Shown here one piece after another: positions 1 to 11,015 of a stretch of 36,977 nt of DNA. Each line of letters opens with the position of its first letter. Position 1 is the first letter of the stretch. The notes under the pieces were generated by a model, which was not told the origin of the DNA, did not search any database, and saw only the letters and a program-made list of their open reading frames with translations. The DNA is from Pelomyxa schiedti (lineage: Eukaryota; Protista; Evosea), in NCBI GenBank assembly GCA_020536535.1, contig JAHLWZ010000460.1:1-36977 (forward strand), in the 5' to 3' direction. A program made the position numbers and the translations under genes.

Positions 1-1134
1 CTAAGAAAAGAAGCGGAGCGGGAGGAATGGTAATGGCACCGTATCGTCAGTTGCGGTTGTGCACATTGTTACCGTGTCTTCGACAATCGTCGGTCCCTAC
101 CCCGCTAACAGCAGCCTTCCCACACCTTTTTTATTTTTTTTCTATTTGTCTCTTTTCAAGAAAACGAGATGGGGAAACGAATGATTGAAGCAGATCTGAG
201 TCTTTTTTTAGACCCTGGGGCGCACACCAGGGTTTTTTTGGTGGGTAGCGTGGGCAAATAAATAAACTCACAAGGTGTTGTTGTTAGTGTTACTGGTGGG
301 ATGTGGCTTTGGTGGTGGTGTTGGCTTATGTGGTGGTGGCTGTGATGATGATGGTGGTGACTTGGATGGGGGCGCAGGGACAGGCCTGGGGCTGTGCCCC
401 CGTGGTTGTTGGTTGTTGTTGTTGTTCGTTGTGGTTGATGTTGATGTTGATTGCGGGGGTGGTTGTGCCTCGGTGGTGCTACTACTGGTGGCGTTTGTGA
501 TTATGGTGTTTGTTGTGGGTGGTGGTTGTGGTTGTGTGGTAGTATTATTAGTGACATGGGAGCGTGTGTGGTGTGCTGTTGTTGGTTGTGATTGTGGTTG
601 TGAGGACGATGGGGGCTGGGGCATTGGCCTGGGTTTGGGTCTGGTTCCCGTACTCCCTGGTTGGTTGTGATATGGGCGTCAGTTTATGTTAATTATGGTA
701 TTATTACATTAGTGGCTGTTGGGTGTACCTTGAGTGGGGGGATTTGGCCTTGGCCGGTGTGTGGTAGTTGGTGACGAGGTAGCCGCTATTGTTGGTGGTG
801 CTGGTGCTGGTGCTGGTGTTGAAAGCGATGCGGATGATTGTGGTGCTGTTGATGATGAAGACGCCGTTGTTGTAGAAGATGTGGGGGAAGAATTAGTATC
901 GGTGTTGGCTTCTATTGTTGCTGCAGAAACAGATGTGGTTCCGGTGGAAGCTGGATTTGAAATGACCGCGGTGGTGTCTGGGGGCGAATTTGATGATATG
1001 GGAGAACCGGTAGGTGGTAAGGACAAAGGAGGTGTGCTGTTGGTGGTAGTGCTTGGCGTGTTCTCTGTGGTTGGCTCACTGGGTTGTGTGTATGGTGCGG
1101 TGGGTGGTAGGTCCGGTGTGCTGGATGATGGGAC
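1..1134. repeat. Near-identical copy (allele or duplicate) of 26031-27195: 3' end of the RasGEF-RhoGAP gene plus the PAK upstream region
   Basis: Starts ctaagaaaagaagcggagcggg exactly as at 26031 and stays colinear to ...gctggatgatgggac. Differences are SNPs and microsatellite-length indels (compare ORFs 268-624 vs 26298-26687 and 709-1026 vs 26770-27585). Confidence 0.95.
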
Positions 1135-1328
1135 CTCCCCGGGAGTAGGGGAGGGAGACGTAACTTGTCGCGTTGTGGAGGTGGGAGGGAGAGGGGGTGG
1201 AGGATGTGTGTTCCAGGAAGAGGAGGTTTGGCGGTTTTTAATTGTTTAGGTGGGTTTGATTGAGGTGGGGGTGGAGGTGGATTACCAGGAGGGGCTGGTG
1301 GAGTCTAATAGCAGGTTTAAATAAATTC
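1126..1328. repeat. Copy of 25348-25551 (PAK Pro-rich exon), joined to the preceding copy through 9-nt microhomology tgatgggac
   Basis: tgatgggacctccccgggagtagggg...gcaggtttaaataaattc matches 25348-25551 with a few SNPs. Confidence 0.93.
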
Positions 1329-1428
1329 NNNNNNNNNNNNNNNNNNNNNNNNNNNNNNNNNNNNNNNNNNNNNNNNNNNNNNNNNNNNNNNNNNNNNNNN
1401 NNNNNNNNNNNNNNNNNNNNNNNNNNNN
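1329..1428. other. Assembly gap (100 N). Further 100-N gaps at 17348-17447, 19235-19334, 34795-34894 and 36147-36246
   Basis: Runs of N of fixed length 100. Confidence 0.99.
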
Positions 1429-3172
1429 TGTTGGTTGAACAAAAAAAAAGGGAAATGAGGGAGAGGGGAACAAACACACCGTGGACACAACAGGATCGAA
1501 AACACGCTCAAAGGACTTGGAGCAAACAAGTGATTCTTTCACAAATGGGGACAATGTGTTTGGTGAAGTTCCTTGGAGAAGAATCCCAAAACAAGTGATT
1601 GACTTGGAAAAAAGAGGTCAGGAGAGACGACGAGTGGGAAATGGCATGCACACATGCTCAAACAGTTTGTTGTCTGACCCATGTTCCAGATCCTTGGGAA
1701 CAATCTGGCGGAATATTTCCCAAAAATAACAACTGATTGCGCTCTTCAGTGTGGACGAAATCGAACCCTGATCTGCAAGGATATGCAATCCAATCCACGC
1801 CGGAGGGAACAACAGGGCCTGTGGTTGACAAATGAGATGTGGGGAGAAAAAAAAAAGGATGCCGATGTGAACATACGTCGTTGCATGCAAGGGACCAAGA
1901 AGAAAAGTCAGACAGTCGAGAAGAGAAGTGGCTGGAAATTGTGTAAAGGCAGGAAAGGAATTGTGCCATTCCGGGAAGCGTTTGTGTTGACTGGAATGGT
2001 TGGTACGCACTGCAATGACCAAACCTGTGGAGGTTGCCTTCGTCCACTGACAAATTGACCTTGAAACATTTAGAGGGATAGAAAAACTCATCATGGAGAA
2101 TAACACACACACACACCTGTGAATTGCTGATGATTCCCAACTCTGACAAGTTGCCCTGACTGAGTGCCTCTTTATTGCAAAATATGGTTTGCATTGGAAC
2201 CGGAATTCCAGTTGCCCGCTCGATCTCCTTCTTGAATGTTTCGACAGTGTCTTTGGACAGGTCCAGGTTGATGTCAAAGTAAAACATTGTCTCCAGTTGG
2301 GTTTGTCCAACAAACTTGGTTCTATCAATTGTCCCTGATACCTCCTCCGGCTCTTGGGCTTGCACCTTGTAAGTGGCACCCGGTATATAATACTTGGTAA
2401 CAACTTTGATCACATCCTTTCTCGCTGTAACCTGTGCGGAGTTTAGTTACCAGTTGAGACTTTGTTCATAGTGTAAAAGGGGGGGTGATACATTTTGGTT
2501 GGGAGAGCAGTCTCTGACTTTGTCACAGCACAACCATGCATAAGCACTGACTTGTGGTTGCTTTTGCGGCGAGGAGGAGGGTGATGCCGCCGCATCAGCG
2601 GGAATCACAGGCGGCGCCAATCTGGACACATCGACGCCGCATTCCTCGAGGGTGTGGACATCAGCCAGGGGCCCATCCACAACCACCACCCCACCGTCGT
2701 CCCCACCCACAAGTGCCAACTCAACGTCACAGTTCTCAACGCGAACACAATCCAACAACGAGGAGCCCGTCGCGGCCACACCACACCACGATGTCGCCGA
2801 CGACGAAGATGACGACGAGGACGAGGACGAGGACACGCGAGGGTGCTTGGGAGGGAGGGGCCTCGCCGCCGTCGCCGACGCGTACGCATCGACAAGGTCC
2901 TCGTGTATCGCGTTTCTGAGGTCCCGAACCGTTGGTCCCCTGCCGCCCTTTCCTTGCTTGAGTGATGTACTCCTGGATTCGCGTTTTTACTGTTAGTCTT
3001 TGTTGGTGTGGCAAAAAGACACACAAGCACAAACAACAAACACCAAACGGTGTTTTTTTTTTTTTTACAATAATGACCTTGTTCCGTTGAATAACCAGAA
3101 ACAATTGTAGTGCACTACCACGAGTGTTGGTGCGTCGTCGACGCCCGAGGTCATCGAGGTGTCGCTGGCCAT
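1429..3172 (-). CDS. 5' part of a tandem paralog of the Ubl/vWA/E2 fusion gene (N-terminal ubiquitin-like domains); truncated by the gap
   Basis: Start MASDTSMTSGVDDAPTLVVVHYNCF (ATG 3172) is homologous to MASDTTSAAPSRDSPSLVVNYSCF at 10800. Contains Ubl-like DLSKDTVETFKKEIERATGIPVPMQTIFCNKEALSQGNLSELGI. 1429-2060 is almost identical to 9097-9735. Confidence 0.8.
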
Positions 3173-3245
3173 GGCACCTCCCTGGAACTAATTCAAAATT
3201 TCGTAGACTCCCAACTTGGGTCCTGCGACCCCTTTGTTGACTTTT

Positions 3246-4617
3246 TTAAACTGAACACTTTGTGTGCACAATAGCTGGTCCACATTCGTTGTACTCTTCC
3301 TCTGTTATCCACTTCAAATCAGGTTGCGAGGCCATGGTACATGCCCCCCACCAGGTGCAGTTCCTTGGATTCGGCCTTGTTGTCACCCTTGCATTGACTG
3401 TTGTTGGTGCCAGTGCTGACATTTCCCTCTGAAGCCTCTCAGCCAGCCCTGGGAAGTTTGTTGATCCCCCAACAAGCACCATGTTCTCAAACAACTCCTT
3501 CCTCAGCCCAATGTCACACTGAGATATGGCTGTGAAGCAGCTCTCCTGTATTCCAAGTATCTCCATGTGGGCCAGAGAGGGCCTGAACAGAACCTCAGGG
3601 CACCTTATCCTCTCAGTATCAAGGTGGAGAGACTGCCCATCATAGAGCTCATGGTCCTTCTTGAGTGCCTCAGCACCCTTGGCCATCTCAGACTCAAAGT
3701 CAAGGGCCACATAGCAGTTGCACTCTTTTATTGTGCTAATCAGGGGCATCTCTTTGTCAGTGAAGGAGTGACCACGTTGCTCCAGCATGTCCCTCATGAA
3801 CTCATCAAGGTCAAAGCCTGCAAGGTTAATCCTCTGGATTGCGTTTGTAATGGGTGATCCATTGTGGAATGGAACCACTGTGGTTACACCAGCACCAATG
3901 TCAATAACTAGGCCGGTTGTAAGGTCAGTGCAGCTATGAAGGGCACATGAAGGCTGAGATGCCAAGAACAATGCAGCCACGCCAATCTGATTAAACATAG
4001 TTTCTGCAGTCCGGGCCCTGTCTGCTTTGGGGCAAAGGGGTGTGTCAGTGAGGAAAATATTGCACTCTGATGGCTCAACACGAAGCTCTTTGGCAAGTGA
4101 GAAAAATGGAAAAGGAGTTAGGAGAGGGTGGTACCATCGAAGAAGGTGTAGTTCCACACCAACTCCATGTCATCCCAATTTGTGACAAGGCCACGCACAA
4201 CTGGATGAGAAATGGATGCAAACCCTCCTTTCCTGCTTCTGACCCAATCACCCACTGTGCAGGTGATTGGAATTAATTAGTCAACATATCCACAGTATTT
4301 GGCGTCTCCATTAATATTTCCCCCTATTTCCATACCACATAGAACCATCTATAATTCGCAATATAATATATAGTAATATTTAAAACCATAGAGTAGTATG
4401 GATTACACACACCAACGTGGTCTTTTACTGCCATTCCAAATACCTTCCTTTCGTGGCCAACCAAGGACTCGAACAGCACTGGCGAGGCCGTGCCCACCAC
4501 CCCGGCCTTGCATGTGTCCGACCCACAATCTACAACTGCAGTTGGCTTAACCTACCTATAATTATCAAGGCAATCCCACTTAACAAAGGACCCCCATACT
4601 GGAACAGCGGCAGCCAT
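3246..4617 (-). CDS. Divergent actin / actin-related protein (multi-exon)
   Basis: Spliced motifs: VVDCGSDTCKAG (phosphate-1), VFGMAVKDHVVGD (D-loop), HPVVRGLVTNWDDMELVWNYTF, GLVIDIGAGVTTVVP, INLAGFDLDEFM, ERIRCPEVLFRPS, NMVLVGGSTNFPGLAERLQREM and WITEEEYNECGPAIVHTKC, all colinear with actin. Confidence 0.93.
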
Positions 4618-5060
4618 CGGTTTACCGGGGGTACCTCGTGGTTATTTCCAAGAATCAAGTGAGGAGGCCCCAGATACTACCGTTCCACTAAAAGCCAATT
4701 TCATCAATTCGGTGGTGACCAGTTCCACGCGAGGTGGGCCCAACCGTCACAGCATCAAGGACCTTGCGAAAACTGTACCCGCTGATGCAATTTAAGAACC
4801 TATATTATTGAATTATCTTGTGTTCGAACATTTGTTTTTGTTGTGCACATTAACCCTTGCGGCTGCTCTCGCTGTATTATGAAGTGTAGGAATAAACTCA
4901 ATAGTACAAATTTCGGATGGAAGGGATCCCGAAAATCAGACATACAATCCCTTGAAAAGAAGTTGTTTTGGCTCCAATGCACATTATTCACAGTTTGTAG
5001 ACACTTACACAACACATACTGAGTCCCTGTTTTCACAGTGTTTGTAGTTGTTGCGTGGGT

Positions 5061-8000
5061 TCACGTTCCTTGATTTGTGTGTGAGGAAGGCCAGTGAGAA
5101 AAACAAAAAAAACCTTTGGTGATTTCACGGACCCACTCCTCCATGCTTCTTTTTGCTTCCGCAACTGAAAAGATATGATTTTGTATACTGTGTTCATAGG
5201 CTGTAATAAACGGTGTTAGAGCAACCAATTCACGATAGGGATTGGATCACCTGTTTTATCAGCAAAGAATTGATGGGCCAAAGTGGAATCCAGAGGGTCT
5301 TGCGTTTCAGGGAACAACAACAACCCATAAACGCAATCAAGAACCTGAAAAAAGAGTGAACGAGTGCGAGTTTGAGAGGATTGATAATAAATACCATTGC
5401 CATTGTTGTGTCCGAAGTCCAGTTGCGGCCAAAAATCGAGTGGCAAACACGGCCATACGGATTGATGTTGCAATGAACAATCGGTGTGACGAATCGAACC
5501 TGGAGCGGAGCGGAAAGGGGAAATTGATCGGCCAAAGGAGATAGAGATACACAATAATAATATGACAAACCTCGGGGCTGCAAAGAGGATAATCCACAGG
5601 AAACGAGGCATACAACAACCAACAACCACGAGAATAAGGGCTCGAAGATGGACCCCTCATTATCACTCTCCAAAATCCAACATCCTCCAAACACGGGAAC
5701 ACCTGGGGGTTTACGGTTATTAGTGCCAGAAAACAGTCTGATTGAAAGGCATGAAATCAAACCTGGTAATCCGGATGTGCATGCCTCTGAATTCCGGCCA
5801 ACTCCGAAAGAATTCTTCGGACCTGGTTGGGAGACCTCACAATCCCCGATTCGGGACTTGTGGGTTCTGGTGATGTTGTTTCTGTGGCCTGGCGACTCAG
5901 CGTTGACGCAATAGTCGAACAAGGTTGGGACAACATGGTGGGAAGTTGATGTTTCTGCATCGCAGAGTTGGAAAGTTGATGCCGGGAGTGAAAATCAAAC
6001 CGGAACGAATCTGTCATTGCAAACATCCTTGGGCAGGTTTTTGTATGAATCAAGTCCGGCTTCAGATTTGACCAATGGAACGTCTGCCCTTGGAGGCCTG
6101 TGGTAGTTGTTGGTGATAGTAGACGATGAGTCTTAACATGCCTCATTTCAGAAAATAAGAGCGTTTCCAACTCAACCAACTTGAGTGTGTCTTTCAGTGA
6201 CTCGGGCACGAACGACAACCCTCCTGTGTTGATGTTCAATTCGCGAAAAAAGAAAAGGTTGATTGACCTGTTGCCTTGCAGACGGCATGGAGACCGTGAT
6301 TTTTGCCACCTTCACAAATCATGATGGAGTCCAGAATGATATTGCTCGTCTGCAACAGATTGGCAATTTCGTGTGGCAATTCTTTTGAACATGTGTCTTC
6401 TCCATCTAATTATCGTTAAGGAGATGGATGGATAGTCCACAGTCTGTTACCAGTGAGACATAATATGCGTTTGGTGCACTTAGGCCGTATTTCAGCAAAG
6501 GTGTTCAAGGTGGAAGCTGCTAAATTGATTGCAGAGAAAAGTGCGGTATTGCCTGCAGAAAAGTGTGTAACAATAGAAGGCACCACCCACATTAAACAGA
6601 CCGGTAGCTGCAGCAGATTCAACTTGACTTCTAAATTCCTCAAAAAGAGGAGTAATATCACATTCAAGTGATGGTTCATCAGAAAAAAGTACGAGGCCAA
6701 TTTGAACAGGATAGTTGTAAGCCTCAAGTAAATTTAGAAAGCAGAAAAAACACAGCAGTGGTAACTACCAGTGAGCGATTGATAAACGCATTGAACAACT
6801 GCTTTACAATGTCTAAGCGAGTCATTCTGCAATCTAAACCATCTGGACCTGCGCCACACGCATCAACCTTGAGAGACAGGGCATTGCCCTCGCTGTAAAC
6901 GCAATGCTGTCCCACGAAACTGCGGCACTCAAGGCAGGTCCCAACCTTTATAAAAGTTATCAAACAAATAAGATAAAAGATAGGCTTACTTTTACACCGT
7001 CAGAGGACTCCACGAGATCCCTCCACAGAGAAAATGCACTTGGTGCTAGTCCGGTTTTCAACCAGGTCTTTAACTTGAGAGTCCTCACAGAACATCCCGC
7101 ATCAATGTGGAACTGAACAGGGAGCTCTCCTTTTCCCACATTTACAGTAACATTAACGGATTCTCCTTCATGGAAATCACTTCCATCACCAGCCTCCATT
7201 TGAAGAGTTTCCTTGTTTGTGATGCCATAATCAGAGAGCATGAAACTCCTCTTCAGGCATCGTTCTGGAAAGAGTTTAGATGTGGGAATAAAGCTTGGGA
7301 GACTACTCTTGTGTGTGAGGTGAAACCTCGGTGGAGCATCAATAATTTTGTCTGGAGTGTAAACAGTCGATCCTTCCACAACACCAGAGGCTTCAAGTGT
7401 GGAGTCTGTGCTCAAAACACGCCCAGAAAAAATGATAATGCACTCTCTGGCACTGGGCCCACTTGTGACTGTCGCAAGTGGCAATGCTGAAATCAGAGAT
7501 CCAACTGTGCATTGCTTCCACACTCTCAGGTGGAACGTTTTCAAACCTGCTTGACTGATAAGATCAATGTTGATGAGATCCTGTGGGCCAGTGGAGTGTG
7601 CTTCCAATATCGCTCTGTTCGGTTGCAATGAAGGCCAAAGGCGGGATGAAAGCAAACTGTGAATCTGGGTGGGTCCGGGTTATTCGCGAAGAGAGCGGGA
7701 GATGACAATTTACTTGTGAAATGATGAAACTGGGGTGAACGTCAAGGGTGACATATTCACCACCAGAAGTGTCCAAAGTTGGTACATTGGCCATTTTCTT
7801 GATGAATATTTGCATTGTTGGGATCCGACTGGATTCTGGATGAGGAACCTATTCATGGATCAACAAAAATAAAAGATGAAACTGCTACTTTCTTCCTCAA
7901 TGATGGAAACTTCGGACCATGGAACTTCCGCAACAACAGGGTTTTGTTTTCTTGGACAGACATGATTGACTTCCATTTGTGACTGAAACTGATTGATTTT

Positions 8001-10800
8001 AAAAAAAAAGAAGTTAGCCTTTGGAGTCCATAAGAAGGGGTTCCTCACCAAGAAACTTCCAAAGTTATTTTTGAGCAAATGCCCCTGGATTTGAAGATTT
8101 TCTGCAGGTAATGTCCATTGACAGATTGACACAGCTTGTGATGAATGTGAGTGGTTCGGGGGAATGGATTGCTTTGTTGTACCTTTTCAATCTTCTGGTT
8201 GGCTTCAGCAGTTGGGATGTTCAAGAGAGGAGGTGCAGTCTGGTCGTCAGGCGAAAAACTGTGAAACCTCATTGATGAACTCATGTCCAGTGCCACAATG
8301 ACAGCTTCTTTCACCTGATTTTAAGAGATGATAAAGATGCAACACGGGATGGAGAAGGGAGATGTGTGCCTCTCGTTCATCAACAATCACATCCCTTTTC
8401 GTTGACCCAAGTGTTTTGGCCAGAATCTGTGTGTATGTGTCGTGTCTCAGAACTGGAAGTGTGAAAGGGATCTCTGGGGGAGCCACTTACTTCGGGTTTC
8501 ACGACTTCACATTGTCCTTTGAGAGGGAGGAACAGTTGCACTTCACCAACACTGCAAGGCTGTGGACCGAGGCAGACCGAGTGAGTGGCAGATTCGTCCA
8601 GAGTGATGCAAGGCGTTTGTGCAGTCGAGAGGTTGAGTGTTGCAACAATCCTCAACGCCGGGAATGATGTTCTGGAATGAGACCGAGCCATTTTCACAAC
8701 ACTCTCCCATGCCACTTCTTTCACAGATTGAACAAGCTGTGCCGGGAGGAGGGAGGGAAAAAGAGGAGGGAAGAGGGAAGAGAATGAGGTTGGGTGAAAT
8801 TGAGGTGACTGATGATGAAAATGAAGAAATACCGAGAGAACAGACTGATGTGCACTGTTTGTGGTTTCCGTCTGTGATGTTGTCGTTTGTGTGCACACCG
8901 AAGTGCCGTTCGTTTTCCAGATGATCACTTTGGTCCGATGAATTCATGTGAGTGGAGTGTGTGAGTTGCAGGAAATACCTTGAAGAGCCTTTTGACGTGA
9001 GACAACAAGAAGGGAAAGAGTTTGCTTGTCTGAGACAGCGCATTGTCTTTCAGCCTTTGCAATCGAAGTCCTGTTCAAAGGCCGGTTCTGATGTTTTGTT
9101 GGTTGAACAAAAAAAAAGGGAAATGAGGGAGAGGGGAACAAACACACCGTGGACACAACAGGATCGAAAACACGCTCAAAGGACTTGGAGCAAACAAGTG
9201 ATTCTTTCACAAATGGGCACCGTGTGTTTGGTAAGGTTCCTTGGAGAAGAATCCCAAAACAAGTGATTGACTTGGAAAAAAGAGGTCAGGAGAGACGACG
9301 AGTGGGAAATGGCATGCACACATGCTCAAACAGTTTGTTGTCAGACCCATTTTCCAGATCCTTGGGAACAATCTGGCGGAATATTTCCCAAAAATAACAA
9401 CTGATTGCGCTCTTCAGTGTGGACGAAATCGAACCCTGATCCGCAAGGATATGCAATCCAATCCACGCCGGAGGGAACAACAGGGCCTGTGGTTGACAAA
9501 TGAGATGTGGGGAGAAAAAAAAAAAAAAGGGTGCCGATGTGAGCATACATCGTTGCATGCAAGGGACCAGGAAGAAAAGTCAGACAGTCGAGAAGAGAAG
9601 TGGCTGGAAATTGTGTAAAGGCACGAAAGGAATTGTGCCATTCCGGGAAGCGTTTGTGTTGACTGGAATGGTTGGTACGCACTGCAATGACCAAACCTGT
9701 GGAGGCTGCCTTCATCCACTGACAAATTGACCTTGAAACGCGATTTAGAGGGATAGAAAAATGCATGATGGCGAGTAACACACCTGTGAACTGCTGGTGA
9801 TTCCCAACTCTGACAAGTTGCCCTGACTGAGTGCCTCTTTATTGCAAAATATGGTTTGCATTGGAACCGGAATTCCAGTTGCCCGCTCGATCTCCTTCTT
9901 GAATGTTTCGACAGTGGCTTTGGACAGGTCCAGGTTGATGTCAAAGTAAAACATTGTCTCCAGTTGGGTTTGCTCAGTAAACGTCACTTCCTCAGTTGTG
10001 TCTGACACCACTTGTACGGACACACTTTGGGCTTCCTCCTTGTAAGTGGCACCAGGGATAGGATATTTAGTTGAAACTCTTATCACATCGCTTCTTGTTG
10101 GAACCTGTGGTTTGATTACTACTAATGATAATAATTATTAATTACTATTTGTTTCCTTTCTCATCTAGAAGAGGAAATACATTTTGGTTGGGAGAACCAT
10201 CCCTCGCTTTATCACAGCACAACCAAGCATAAGCACCGACTTGCGAGGAGGAGGGCGATGCCGCCGCATCGGCGGGAATCACAGGCGGCGCCAATCTGGA
10301 CACATCCACGCCGCATTCCTCGAGGGTGTGGACATCAGCCAGGGGCCCATCCACAACCACCACCCCACCGTCCCCGGTCACAAGTGCCAACTCAACGTCA
10401 CAGTTCTCAACGCGAACACAAGGAGATATCGTAGCAGAAGACACGGATGATGACGACGTTGCTGTCGATGTAGGGTGTTGGTGTTGTCGCTGGCCGACAT
10501 CAACGGCGGCGGTACTAGTACTACAACTCGGGGATGAGCAGATACTGAGTAAGTCATTGCATATCGCGTTCCTGAGGTCTCTCACTGTGGATCCCCTGCC
10601 AACTGATACTTTCCTATGCAACGTGGTTATATCATATTATGGTGTCAAGATCTTGGGGTTTTTTTTTTTTTGTGTCCGTTTAACTGTTGTGGGAGGTCGC
10701 GATGTTTTTACCTGGTTCCCTTCAACCAAAAGCAACTGTAGTTGACTACGAGTGAGGGTGAGTCGCGTGACGGTGCTGCCGAGGTGGTGTCGCTCGCCAT
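5061..10800 (-). CDS. Large multi-exon fusion protein: N-terminal Ubl domains - uncharacterised region - vWA domain interrupted by ~3-4 ubiquitin-like domains - C-terminal UBC (E2) domain
   Basis: E2: RRILSEL...WRVIMRGPSSSPYSRGCWLLYASFPVDYPLCSPE/VRFVTPIVHCNINPYGRVCHSIFGRNW (catalytic Cys present). vWA MIDAS: IVALDMSSSM (~8290), RLDIVKQLFNAFINR, GNTALFSAI, RILCLT/DGED. Ubl: MQIFIK..TLDVHPSF, IIFSGRVLSTDSTLEASGVVEGSTV, LSDYGITNKETL. GT-AG introns link the exons I traced (e.g. 5703-5762); not every junction was verified. Confidence 0.8.
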
Positions 10801-11015
10801 CAGGTCTGACCACCAACAAAGTTGTTGGTTAACTTTCGAAAACCAACTTAGGCTCCACCTGTGCATGGCTTCCCACGTTGCAAACTACTGGGCACAGCCT
10901 GCGCCCCTTATTGGTGAGGAGTCTCTCAATCATGGACTGAGAGTGAAGAGAGATCTTAAGGAAATTCCAAAAACTCGCCGCTGTTTGTACGCACAAACAG
11001 TAGAGGAAAAAAAAT
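10801..11015. promoter_or_regulatory. Putative bidirectional promoter between the E2 fusion gene and the RBR E3 gene
   Basis: Divergent ATGs at 10800 (-) and 11016 (+) are 215 nt apart. Contains ATTGG (reverse CCAAT) at ~10910. No experimental support. Confidence 0.5.

Noticed and set aside
275-1249. Gly/Val/Cys-rich plus-strand ORFs (also 26333-27286 and 32626-33270)
   Set aside because: Antisense shadows of Pro/Thr/Gln low-complexity exons on the minus strand.
4258-4443. Apparent deletion of the actin D-loop, or a 13-nt microexon
   Set aside because: A later donor (~4413) yields KVFGMAVKDHVVGD, which aligns with the actin D-loop without a microexon.
4660-4800. Possible snRNA or ribozyme: GTAGTATCTG (U2-like) on the minus strand and a gcatca...tgatgc hairpin with GAAA
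   Set aside because: The U2 5' stem and Sm-site context do not match and the hammerhead core is incomplete; more likely actin promoter or 5' region.
8543-9043. Cys/His-rich ORF suggesting a zinc-binding domain
   Set aside because: The overlapping frame (8380-8928) gives the more plausible continuation towards the vWA domain; the Cys pattern fits no known finger.
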